Shown here: one piece after another, positions 38,390 through 53,199 of the stretch
Position numbering within the stretch: position 1 is the stretch's first letter
Layout of the letters: each line of letters starts with the position of its first letter
Origin: Anthoceros angustus
Lineage: Eukaryota; Plantae; Anthocerotophyta
Assembly (NCBI GenBank): GCA_010909165.1
Contig: MU008168.1
Span: 682,001 to 746,000 of the forward strand
Direction of reading: 5' to 3'
DNA length: 64,000 nucleotides
Program-made: the position numbers and the translations under genes
Notes under the pieces: model-generated
The model's input: the letters and a program-made list of their open reading frames with translations, nothing else
Told to the model about the DNA's origin: nothing
Database searches by the model: none

Positions 38390-39702
38390 ATGGAGGCAAG
38401 CAAGCCGGAGATGGAAGCTTTGTGTCAAGCTCTGCAACGCCTCCTCACGCAGCTTCGGATCAAGATTCGGGCTTCAGCTCGGCAGCGCTTAGCTTTTGGT
38501 GTGTGCTTTGGAGCTCTCATCTGTGTTTTTTTGTTTGTGAAGGAAGGGTTTGGAATTGATCTGATGTGTCTTGTCGCTGGGAAGCTAGATATGGTGGTGC
38601 TCTGCTCGGGGCTGAGGCCTGCGGTCATGGTGGACTATGCTGGGCCGGTTCTGCGGTTGGTGGAGCAGCTACCTGAGCTGCTCTCTCTTCTTTCGTTGGT
38701 GAGCATCAGTGCTTCGACATCGGGCCTTGTGGTTTGAAGATGGCTACAATTGTGATCGAACCTAGGGCACAGGAATGCAGAGTCGTGACGGGCTTGCGGC
38801 TGCTGCACTTTGTGGACTGTGTATACCTCATCCACGTTGCTAACCTTTGGAGGTACTTGGAGTACACGTCAAAGCCTGGCAGTCTGCCGGACTTTGTGAT
38901 TCTGACCAAAAATTCGGCCAGGGTAAGAGTGGTTGCAGTTGGAATAGTCTTTTGTGCGTGATGTATTGGAAATGTATTTACACCGTGCAGGATTGCACGC
39001 AGGTGGCTTCAGCTGCCGAGAGAGCAGACATTTTGTTGACCTGTCAAGGCCTGAAAGCTGAGATTTTCAGATCTGTGCTCTTCTCAACCGAGACTACCAA
39101 GGTGTCAGATCTACCCTGCACTGAAGCATCTAAGTGCGAAGATGATGGAAGGGCCAACAGCCCTGGTGAAGTGCTTATTGACCTTCACGACAAGGAGTTC
39201 GACGTCCTGTTGCCCACGGCCAATGGGTGGCTTCTGGCGTATCCCATTGTTTACACCTTCAGCAAGGAGGAAGCATCCGAGGCTGGACGTCGCCTGGCGA
39301 TGACGGATTTATATCTGTATCGTGTATCACTCGTGAGGTGGGTCCATACTACCCCTATTTAATTTCTTTCCTGCCAAAAGTTTCCAGCTCGTGTTGATCG
39401 ACAGATTTGTGCATTCAGCTGTGTGCCTGCACTGACTCCATCAAGTGGGGATCTTCTTCGGTATAGCTCTGATCCTTCCGGTTTCCCTTTTGGCGGTGCT
39501 GATGAGTGTATTCGCTACCCAGAGTGCTAACCAGTATCGCATTGGCAGCTTCAGCGTACCCAGGAGTCTCAGCCCTCTGGCCGAGAATGAATCATGGGTT
39601 TCCAGGTTTTTGGAGTTTAGCCTAGGTTCACCACATCCTGAGATTTGGAGGAATTTGCAAGTAGATGTGGTACTACCTCCCACTCAAGGGGTGGTCTTAT
39701 GA
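38390..39702 (+). CDS. UPF0739/DUF4504 (C1orf74-like) family protein, multi-exon
   Basis: DMVVLCSGLRPAVMVDY, VLIDL..LPTANGWLLAYPIVY, FSVPRSLS. Confidence 0.65.
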
Positions 39703-39913
39703 AAAAGAGGATTTGCTTTCTAGAGCCTCGGACGCAGACAGACGAGCCTGCATCACCTCGAAGCCCTTGCTCAGATTCTTGTGACTGGGGCATACAGAAT
39801 AATTCACTAATTCGAAAATCTCCAGGATTCTATACACCGCAGCTCTGCACGGAGAGTCTGGCCACAAGGAGTTCACAAGACGACGATATCACCACTTCCC
39901 AGCAACCCTAAGA

Positions 39914-42283
<2,370 letters not shown>

Positions 42284-43489
42284 TCCAGCCCCCGCAAAGC
42301 TCCCTCACAACCCATTGGGCAGAGTCCATTTCTGCTGCTTCTTCTCTGCGCCTCCATCGAGCCGCACGTGCTCCTAGATGCTCCCAACCTGTTCGCGGAA
42401 AACTGGGTTGTCCGGAGAGAATAAAAAAGGCTTCGCTTTTGAGGGACTCAATCGCGCCTCACCCCTCTGGCCTGCAGATTCCCAATCCGCGACTTGTATA
42501 GTGCACTGGAAAACGTGCCTCGAGATGCCAGGGGCTGAGGCCCGAAATTCCACATTTGCGCAGCATCTCTACCTGGATAAAGCGCTGGGGGAAGTGAATT
42601 AGCAAGTGGGCAGCTTTCAAGCTGTCCATTGTATTTCACGAAAGTGAGAGACACTGGAGTGGTCGTTGTGATTCATGACTCGGTTTGGAGAACAAACGAC
42701 GTGGCAATCCTCACACCGGGAAACGTCCTCACAAAAAATGGGGCTCATCGGAGTTCCTATGCTGATCAAAAGATTTCAAGGGCAGCGGGCGTATGTGGGC
42801 GTGGTGGGCACTAATTTGATTTATTTTTCATTTATTTACTCCCATCAATTTTGGGAACTTGATGAATCCATCTTTGCGTGAAGCGCATGATGAGACATTT
42901 TCAAACCTGCATCTTCCTATACTTTTGGTGAATTTTCTATTGAGATAAAACAAACAAGAATATTAAATATTACTTCAAATTGAGGATGTAAAAAGTTTTC
43001 CTCTCCGGGTTCTCCATAGTGTGAGGAGTGAATGGTTGTCACTTCGAAAGAATACAAACATCTTTCCTTCTTTATATACATGTGGCACTAGATGTTGAGC
43101 ACTTCAAGGTTTAGTTCATTTGAATGAACATTGCTTATAGGTTCGAAAAAAGGTTCCAAAAAGAAGATGGTTTCAAGGAGCAAAGGCCCTGAGTCGAACT
43201 CCTTGAAAAATCAAAATGTAGGCTTGCACCTTATAAAACATTGTTTCTTAGGTTCTAAACACACACATCATAAAAAACTATTGTCAGTTAGGGCTGCATC
43301 ATAAAGAAACATTGTATGTTAGGTTTCGAATACACTAAACAATAACTCTGGTTTCGAAATTTGTCGAACGCCAAATGCCGAACGTTAAGCTCTTATCGCC
43401 GAATGCCAGATATGAAATTAACGCTAATCAATCATTTAACCAAATATTAATTTATCAAAGTCTTGTGCCAAAGTTTCTACTATGCAAGG

Positions 43490-43663
43490 AGATATAAAGC
43501 TAGTGGGGCTACCTCTAGACTCCTATTTCATTGCGTTCTTTCGGCAGCGGGTGTCCATTACCCTCATAAGGACATTTGCATCAATTGCTATCTTACGGAC
43601 AATAGCGAGTGCTGGAGATGCATCCTCAACTAGTTCAATAATATGGAAGTCATTAAATCTCCC
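43490..43663 (+). mobile_element. 3'-terminal fragment of a CRE-like element (host of the Gypsy array; resumes at 60512)
   Basis: YFIAFFRQRVSITL..ASIAILRTIASAG resembles the RQRVSxxLQRxQAxAI end motif of REL-type non-LTR elements. Confidence 0.55.
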
Positions 43664-44999
43664 TGACGTGAAACTGATGCTAGGAACTAACTCTTAGAAG
43701 CTAGGGCTTAGCAAGTAGGTTTTGTTAGCTTAGTTTAATCAGTTGGTACTGATAATTACTAAAATGCCCTTGAACAGGAAAGTCGGAAATAACCCGCAAA
43801 ATGGCCAAGCTTGGGCCAGTCTCCCTCTCACACGGTGGGAGAAAGCGAACATGATCACTCCAATCCAAGAGATGCCGCACCAAGAGTGTGGTGCTCATCT
43901 ATCTTGACGACGCAAGGTGGTTGCAAGGCGGTTGCGGAGCACAAGACCAAGGCGGCGGTGGAAGGCGATTGTCGAAGTCCCTAGGAGGAACGCTAGAACA
44001 CACGCAATTTTGTTGTTGTAATTTCTAGGTCAGAATGCAAAGACCTGTATGCGCTGCTCAAAGATTGTGGCAATGTGTGTAATGTGCGTGTTCATGGGAC
44101 TTATCAGCTCTAGGCAGCCCGTGTAGGGCAGCCCTTTAATTTTCTCGAATCGAAGTGAGCATCGGCACATGTGAGCCCGGTGCATGTCTACAACCGCTTC
44201 GAGAAGCATTCAACTTGATTCTGCCTTGGCCTGGAGCATGAGGAGTCTGCACTTACGGCTCAGCTTGACCCGCCACTATGGGCTTGACGTGGTGCATTTT
44301 GCTAGGGTTTCGTGCATGGTCGATTGCCGCAGGACTTGTTGGGTTTTACGGCTCAAGGGTGCTGGGCGGGATTTTCCAGGCCAGCTGTGTGCCCCGGCCG
44401 CACAACTCAAGGCCCTCTCATAATTTTTGAGTCCTCCCATGTCTCAACCGCAAGTTTCCACGGCCGTCCGTAGAGCTCATAGCGATCGCCACACGAGTCG
44501 GCTGCTTTCAATTTGCATACCATCTTGTTTGCCTCGTTGAGACGAATCCGTTGGTATCATTTTTGTCTACTTTCGAGTGAGAAACAGTGGACTGAATGCC
44601 TGGGAGAAGTTGATCACTAAGGTTTTAGTTGGGGAATTTGGCTATGTGCAGCCAACACTTCTCTTCTGGGTAGGTGCTGGGTCTTGTACAGACGAGCACG
44701 AGGAGTGAGTCGCTGAACAGGCTGAGGATTCTCGTGTGAGTGAGGCATCATCGAAAAGCTTGAGGTCAGGGAGGATCGAGTTGCGGCATTGGCGTGTTCG
44801 GTGTTTGTGTTTCACACCGATTCCGCTAAGGTTTTCCCTCTGCGGTGACAATTGATGCTGGCTTCCTTGACTCACGCGTCGATTACATGGGGCATGCCAC
44901 CGGTGAAGAGGGAGATAGCCCACTACCGCTTATGAACGAGGGACGCGCCTGTGGTTTCGTGAGAAGGAGAAGGGCACCACGTCACAAGATTTGTCCTTA

Positions 45000-47900
45000 G
45001 AGGACCTACAGTAATGTGAGCCCGGACAAGGATCCTTTGCACCACGTTAGGGTTAGCTGGTCCCCACTTACACCTTGTGCGGTGACTGATAAGGAGGAGC
45101 AGGGGCCAGCAGGGGTGGGAGTGCACCGGAGGGCTGGGATTAGGCCTTTCCTCGTGGCTCGCTCCCGTGCATTTATCACGAAGACCAGGCAAGAGGACCG
45201 TCTGGTGATTCGACACGATGGAAGGAGGGCCAAATGGCGGTGAGAAATTCTCGGCAGAGAACACAATCGTTGAGGGATTTTAGGCTGCGAGTCAATGAGG
45301 CAATTAGTAGGGTCAAGTTCAAACATGTGATAACCACCTCTACATGTTCGAACAGCTATCGATACATGGTCGATGAGGCCTGGATTTGTATGAAGCCCAC
45401 CAAGCGGAGTGACCTCAACCACGGCCGTCCAATCCATTATTCCAAGGGCACTGCAGATGGCCTACAATGCCAAGTGGCGGGCCGGTGACCCACCAGCAGC
45501 CATATCTGCAGTATCGCCGCCATTTGCCGCCACCCACCGTGATGCCTCTCACGGCTCTGAGAGGACAATACCACGCAGGGATTGATGAATTCATACACAC
45601 CCCAAATATGCCAACCTGTGGAAGAGTTCATGAAGATCCTCGAGAAGGCTTTTCCACTCAAGACTCCAGAAGATTGGAGCAAGCTTGCACGCCGGAAAGG
45701 GAGACCCAGATGTGTTTCCGTGAGGCTGCAAAAGCTGCGAGATGGGACCTGCATGCTCACGGACCAAGAAGCTGGAGAAATTCCTCACCTTGAGGGTGAT
45801 CACCGTTTCATTTCCAGTTGTCCTCACTTGTGGATAAGTATGGCGATGCCTATACTTTGCAGCAGTACATGAGGAAGCGGAGAAGAAAGAGATTGCTTAC
45901 TCCGTCTTCTCCTCCAAGCATTCCAAGGCCTTCCACCATTATCAAGGCATGTTTTCAAGCAAGTCTGCGCCTCGGGGAACTTCTTCAAGGACTACACCTA
46001 AGCCACCCAATGAGCAACAGCAGAAGTGATCGAGCTATGCCACCATGTGCAACCATTGTGGCGATCCGAGCACATCTCACCGAATTGCAAGTGCCCAAGG
46101 CCTCTTTGCACTCATTGTCAAAAGAATGGTCATGTGAGCACCGTGTGCTTTCAACTTCACCCGAGAGGAGATACCAAGTCGGCATCACCGGAGATGCTAC
46201 TAGCATCAAGACAGAGCAACTCCGCACTGGGGACTCTAAGAGCAAGCAATGAGGAGAAAGCGAAGCAAAGAACGCGACAAGATGACGCCGAGGCCACGGG
46301 TCGCCTTGGCAGCAGTGGGCACGCTTACAACCAGCCTCGAAAGCTGGTGGAGCTAAGCTCAGCGGTCGCAGAGCCGGTTCTGGCGAAATGGAGAAGATTA
46401 TGGACACCCACATGAGGTGTTGATGAGCTGGTTGCCTCGAGCTAAGGGAAGATGTGCCACCTACATGGGTTGGGCATGCCATTAATCTTGCCCCTGACAT
46501 CGTGTTAGCAAATGCAGGCCCATCACTGGCGAGGAGCAAGGGCAATGCCTCAATCCTTTATGCCTCACACTGAACCGCCATCCCATTACGCGGTGATACA
46601 TCTTCACTCCGGGTGACACAGAGCCAATGCAGAGAGATGAGGCAGCCCTCGCTTTAGGGCAATTGTACATGATGCCCCTTTGGTCACACATGAGCAGCTG
46701 GCAGCACGGTTGTTGCAAGCACCATTAATGTCCTTGCAGGACATGGGCATGACCAGGGAACGTCTCCAGCAACTGGTGCAGACACAGGAAGTCACAGCCG
46801 TTGCTCATGTGCCGGGAGATTTGGTAGTCAGGTCTGGGGGGGGACTTGTTCCTTTCCCCGGATCACCGTTAGTAAATTCAGGCTGGGAGCCTGGTGGACA
46901 GCTTCCATTGCAAATGACCTGCATGACTGAATTTCCAACAGGGCTGCTGGAGCATCCACGCATCCAGCCTACCAACAGGCTGCGAATGCGAGTGAGTAAC
47001 GCAGTGGTAGACAACCGAGAGGGACGGGTCATCACAACGGCACCTGTGGTGGTGTTGCTGGACATCGGCGCCAGCCTCATTATAAACAGTCGGCAAGACG
47101 GCTTGGTTTGCGGTGAGAAGCACTCAAATCCCCATGGAACATCCGCACTGTGGAGCCCGTGTGTGGCGAGACTTGAACTGTGCACATCACATTGAATCCA
47201 GCTCATCGGATGCCATGACCATGTCTCTGCCGTGCTTGGTGACCACGGCCACAAACTACGACCGCTAGGGCGAGTTTCTTTTCCCACCGCGAGGGAGTGG
47301 ATAATTGACTGAGCAGCCTTCATACCGACCGGCGAGGAGGACGGCAGCACATATTCCCTTGACTTGCACGGCAGGCCACGAGATCGCCACGTTAGTGGTG
47401 TGCCATGCTAGCAAGGAGCCCGTCTGCAATGTGAAGCTAGTCCAAGATGCTAACCGAGCGGATGCACAATCTTGAAGTCGATGACGCCATTCCGCCCCAT
47501 GGATCTCACGGCTTGCAACATGCCCTTGCACAACTCGATCATCCAGCAGTGCTCACGCTAGTAAAGAGATGTAAGAGACAGAGGCAGTGATGCACTTGTT
47601 GGATTCAGTGTTAACCAGCCCACTCAAGATCGAGGCCGGATCACAATGTGATTACATGGGCGCCATCGTCTGACGACGGTGGTAGAACTCTTTTGGGGAT
47701 CTGCATCGGGCCGGAGGCTCTCTTGATGATCGATCGTCATACACACGTATGACAATGATGTCACAAAGACGCCGCGTCGCAGTTCGTGCAAGGGCATGAG
47801 CGTTTTCCACAGCGCCTTGGAGGCCTATCACGGTGCTTTCCGCTCTACCGCAGGATGTCCGTTACATTCAAGAAGGCCACATTCGCCTTGGGAAATGTGG

Positions 47901-50900
47901 ATATGGTGATTGCCGGTTGGGAATGCTGTGGGTTCTCCCAAGCCGGGCATGGAGCTGGTCTACAAGATGCTGTGGCTGTTCGTGGATCTACATCAGTCCT
48001 CACATGGGCTCAAGAATACAACCCGCGTGTGCTTACCTCCTTGAGAATACACCGCGCACATTGACAGAGCACATGTGCAACAGGACATGGGCGTGGTTCA
48101 AGATTATGCCGGGCCTCCCATCCTGTTAGATGCGCCTGGTGGGCGCGCTTTGCTCACCGAGGAATTATGGACCAACTTGGTCCCCGCCCCGCTTGCAGAC
48201 TGCGCGTGGCACACAGGACCCGTCCTTGCAGCTTCAACTGTGCCGGAGGATCATCACCAGCCAGCTTGTTACCGCCATGAGCGCGCCTTGGTTCAAAACC
48301 AACACACTGCCTCGGCAGACCGCCCACGCCGTTAGCTTTCCGTTCATTCGCTTACGGTGAGGGGAGGGCCCCGCATTGAACACCAACACGCAGCGGTGGG
48401 AGGAACCCACCGGCCGGAGGAACGCATTATGGGCTTTCACCCCATTCTGCCAGCCCTACTTACACCAACAAGAAGCGTGCTCTAGGCGAGCCATGGATGT
48501 TCACGCACTCACGTGGTTAGTGAGTCTGTGCTTGGCTTTTCACCTCCACGCTGTGCCATGGTACTGTGCCCATCGCCAAGATGTGTCCATGACGCAGTTC
48601 ATCTCCCTTTTCACGGATATGCATACATGCCTTCGGCCGGATGCGGGGTGGAGCAGTCCGGTGGCGCCCTGTGTGCTTTTTCCGCCTCCAGCCACCAGAG
48701 AGCGCTTAGATGATCCAGTCCCGCAAAGCCTAAGCTAAATGCCGAGACTTTCCGTGGCGCATGGGGATGGGACGGATGGGCGTAAGACACGCATCCACAC
48801 TCTCTGCTCAAGTATCGATCGCTTTTTACCATGAAGGACCTCAAGCGCGCAATGTGATCAGACGGATCAACGACGGTGAGCCCATCTACCGCCACAAAGT
48901 TGAGCAAGGCGGAGTGGGAGATGGTCGATGCTAGGTGTCGTGAGCTTCTTGAAGGTGGCTTATCCGGCTATCCAAAGTATTATGTCAAAAGAATCGTCAT
49001 GCCGCTTAAAGAAGGATGCCAAGGGTCGTGGACGGAGAACGGATGTGTGGGGACTATCGTCCCATCAATGCCACCGCGCAGGATCGGTACCCAATGCCGA
49101 AGGGAGGAGATATTTGACATTGGGCGCCTCTTCTTCTCTACTTTGGACCTTGACGGGGTTTTAACCATTGCGTAAGAGGACATCAAGAAGACCGCGCTTC
49201 ACGGGTCCCAACAGTGTGGAATGGCTGGTGATGCCATTCGGTTCAAGAACGCACCCGTCACTTTTCGCGGGTGATGGATCCGTTTTACCGGATGTGCCAA
49301 CTTGTTGTGCTATATCGACGACGTGGTTCACAAGATCGCTTTGAGGATCACCGGCACACTTAGAGGAGCTGTTCCGTAGGCTAAGGAAGGCGAGCTCACA
49401 TGTCACCCGTCAAATGTGAATTTGGAATGAACACGGTGGCATATTTAGGTCAGAATCGTGCCTAACGGGTGATGCCCCACTCAAGGTACAGCTATCCCGC
49501 AGTGAAGGAGCCCACCAACGTGTCGCCTTGCGTGCCTTTCTTGGGTTATGCAACTATTAGGTTTACATTAATTTCAGCCATAAACCCTTGAATGACATGT
49601 TGAGGAAAGACGTGGAATGGGCATGGATGAGTTGGCGCAGCAAGCTTTTGACATGTTGAAGGAGCAATTGACCAGGTCACCGTCATGGCTAGGCCGATTT
49701 TAGCAAGCCATTTGTGTTACACACCGATTGAGCCGCTCGGGACTTGGGGGTGCTTGCACAAGAGGATGAGCAGGCAAGGAGCGTGATCGCTTATGCCTCG
49801 AGGAGTAATAACCGAGCGGAGGCCAGCAGCTATGAGGGGAGTGCCTCGCTCGTTTTGCTACTTCCGCCCATATTTGTATGGTCAGCTTGTTAGTGATCGA
49901 TCACCATTGAAATGGCGATGACTAACACAAATTGGGAAGTCGTCGGGCCATGATACTTCAAGATTATGACTTCCTTGTGGAGCACAGAGTGACACACCAA
50001 AATGCGACATGCTATCTAGAAATCCGGACGGTGCAGTGATGTCACCGAGGCTAGGCGGACCATGAGGAGGAGATTGGTGCGATGTCATGCTGGCGCATTT
50101 TGTTGCCATGACCGCCTTGGATGATTGTGTTTTGCTCACCTAATGCAAAGGACATTTGGGAAGATGTGAATGCTCTTCAAGATTGGTGCACTAAGTATGG
50201 ACGAGGCTGACCCACTGAAAGAAGCAGGTGGTCAATAAAGACTATGGCGTGATGGCTACATGATTCGCAAGTCGGGCAATGGTGTCGAGCGCTTGGTGCC
50301 ACCACCGTGATAGGGTCGACACGTCGTGCACGACGACATGGTCACTTTGGTGAAGCGGACTTACACTCACACCTCATTTTTATTGGTATGGGATGCACAA
50401 CCAAAAGTAGAATGTGGCTCTGTGAGCCTTGTGACCGAGTCAAGGCCTCCTTTACTATGCAGCACCCGGTTCTCCACCCTCTGCCCATCATGGGCTTGTT
50501 CTTTCGCTGATCCTGCGACCTCATTGGAGAATTGACTAGGACGCCGAGAGGCAATGTCTACATACTTGTCATGATGGAGCATTTCTCCAAATGGGTGGAG
50601 GTTGTGGCTCTATCAGATAAGTCCTCAAGCACGCCCTGCATTTTTGCACACGTGCTTAGCCGGCCGGTGCCGAGTGCACCGACTGTGGCTGAGTTTAGAG
50701 GGAATTTCGTGACCTTTTAGATGTTGCGCTTATCGATCACAAAAGCGGACTAGGGACCATCCTCGTGCTGATGGTGAAAGGATGGTCCCACCATCAATGA
50801 GAAAGTTATGCTTGCGCTGGAAAGGAGGATTGGGACCTCATGCCGCCTACATCGCTATGGGCTACCGCATGAGTAAACATGCACCTTGGCACACTTCTCC

Positions 50901-51516
50901 CTTACTTGCTTTTGGTCGTGAGCCCGCGAGTACAATAGCTAAGAAGATGCAGGAGGTGGCAGCCTTGATGATCCCGCCACACATGGGCTCGAGTGATTGG
51001 GGAGCGGCAGTATTTCGGCAGTGTTATGCCAATGGCTATGGCCAACCTCAACATAGCTCAAGACCGGATTCCTTACGGTATGCGCATACCCGCAGTGGGT
51101 CATTCAGGCCCAAGCTGAAGAAATTCCAGATTGGGGATTTCGTATACTTGCAAAGGCAAACTGTGGACACCTTGGACGCTGCTAGCAGCAGACATGTGCT
51201 GAGGGTGCGAGAAGTTAGGCCCAATGGAGTGCTGATTTTGCAGGGCTCAGATGGTAGGACTATTGCAGACCATACCAAGAACTGTGCGCCCTGCCACTTA
51301 CCTAATTTGGACCCCACAGTGATAACAACAGCCTGGATTCCACCGGCAGACTACCCGTGCCAGGTTTGTGGGAGGACAGATGATGAGGAGCTTATGCTTC
51401 TCTGTGACGGATGCAATGGGGGTTTTCATTTGTTTTGCCTTACCCCTCCGCTGCAGGCTGTTCCTGAGCAACTCTGGTATTGTGCAAAGTGTGCTGGAAA
51501 TGCTGTTCAGGGATGA
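45000..51516 (+). CDS. gag-pol polyprotein, frameshifted in this assembly: gag, 2x CCHC, PR, C5-MTase, RT, RNase H, IN, PHD
   Basis: CTHCQKNGHVSTVC (~46105); VLLDIGA (~47055); MTase motifs 47680-48530; CGDYRP, FSTLDL, VMPFG.KNAP, YIDD (49040-49325); GHFG..RT...CEPC, CDLIGELTRTPRGNVYILVMMEHFSKWVE (50330-50610); PHD 51358-51492. The start is approximate. Confidence 0.85.
47680..48530 (+). CDS. C5 DNA cytosine methyltransferase domain within pol (copy 1)
   Basis: Motif I VELF.GIC.G (~47682); motif III LPQDVRYI (~47845); motif IV VDMVIAGWECCGFSQAG (47896-47945); motif VI AYLLENT (~48031-48051); motif VIII AHR.RNYWTNL (~48150); motif IX EEPT..ERIMGF (~48400); motif X LG.AMDVHALTWL (~48483). Order is canonical. 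Confidence 0.85.
51358..51492 (+). CDS. PHD finger at the integrase C-terminus
   Basis: CQVCGRTDDEELMLLCDGCNGGFHLFCLTPPLQAVPEQLWYCAKC (C4-H-C3), in frame with integrase in ORF 50782-51516. Confidence 0.95.
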
Positions 51517-53199
51517 CTGTTTGGATTTTACAGTCCATGTGATGTTGGCTGGGTGTGATGGAATTGTGTGGACCTTTTTGTTTGCTAGACGCACCCAGGC
51601 TTTCCATTGTGAATGCGGCTGCTGCAGGAGTTCTAGGATTCTTGCTGGCCTCATTCTTGGTTCCATGTGGCATTTGTTTCAGCACGTTGCAGATGCCTTG
51701 TTTCTTTCTTTTTCATTGTTTCGCCCGTCCATCACCGGGGTAGCATAGGTAGAATTTTAGCACTTTTCTTTTGTTTGGCCTCGACAGAGGCCCTCTTTTC
51801 CCTTGCACAAGGCCGGTGAAAACCAGAAGAAGTGTGAGCAAGCTGTTGGTTTACCGACAAATGATGAAGACGCACGATACCGACGTGAAACTGACTAGGA
51901 ACTAACTCTTAGAAGCTAGGGCTTAGCAAGTAGGTTTTGTTAGCTTAGTTTAATCAGTTGGTATGATAATTACTAAAATGCCCTTAAACAGAAAGTCGGA
52001 AATAACCCGCAAAATGGCCAAGCTTGGGCCAGTCTCCCTCTCACACGCGTGGGAGAAAGCGCATGATCACTCCAATCCAAGAGGATGCCGGCACCAAGAG
52101 TGGTGCTCATCGTATCACGACGCAAGGTGGTTGCAAGGCGGTTGGAGCACAAGACCAAGGCGGCGTGGAAGGCGCTTGTCAAGTCCCTAGGAGGAACGCT
52201 AGTGAACACACGCAATTTTGTTGTTGTCGAATTTCTAGGTCAGAATGCAAAGACTTGTGTGTATGCGCTGCCGCATTGTGGCAATGTGTGTAATGTGCGT
52301 GTTCATGGGACTTATCATAGGCGTGTAGGGCAGCCCTTTAATTTTCTCGAATCAAGTGAGCATCAAGACATGTGAGCGCCGCATGTCTATTTCACAACCG
52401 CCCGAGAAGCATTCAACTTGATTCTGCCTTGGCCTGGAGCATGGAGGAGTCTGCACTTACGGCTCAGCTTGACCCCAGCCTATGGGCTTGACGTGGTGCA
52501 TTTTGCTAGGGTTTCGTGCATGGTCGATTGCCGCAGGACTTGTTGGGTTTTACGGCTCAAGGGGTGCGGGTGGGATTTTCCAGGCCAGTGCCCGCTGGCC
52601 GCACAACTCAAGGCCCTCTCATAATTTTTGAGTCCTCCCATGTCTCAACCGCAGCAAGTTTCCACGGCCGTCCAGAGCTCATAGCGATCGCCACACGAGT
52701 CGGTTGCTTTCAATTTGCATACCATCTTGTTTGCCTCTGAGACGAATCCGTTGGTATCATTTTTGTCTACTTTCGAGTGAGAAACAGGGACTGAATGCCT
52801 GGGAGAAGTTGATCACTAAGGGTTTTAGTTGGGGAATTTGGCTATGTGCAGCCAACACTTCTCTTGCTGCGGGTAGGTGCTGGGTCTTGTAAAGCACGAG
52901 CACGAGGGAGTCGCTGAACAGGCTGAGGATTCTCGCGGTGAGGCATCGGCAAAAGCTTGAGGAGGATCCGAGTTGCGCAAGATTGGCGCGGTGTTTGTGT
53001 TTCACCGATTCTCGCAGCTAAGGTTTTCCTCCGCAGACAATTGATGCTGGCTTCCTTGACTCATCGGCCGATTACATGGGGCATGCCACCGGTGAAGAGG
53101 GAGATAGCCCACTGCATCGCTTGACCAGGGACGTGCCGCCCAGGTTTTCGTGAGAAGGAGAAGGGCACCACGGCACAGATTTGTCCTTAGAGGACCTAC

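Noticed and set aside
44552-44559. TGGTATCA as the PBS of the MTase-PHD element
   Set aside because: Only 8 nt match Met-i tRNA, it is not preceded by CA, and the upstream sequence is not repeated at the 3' terminus.
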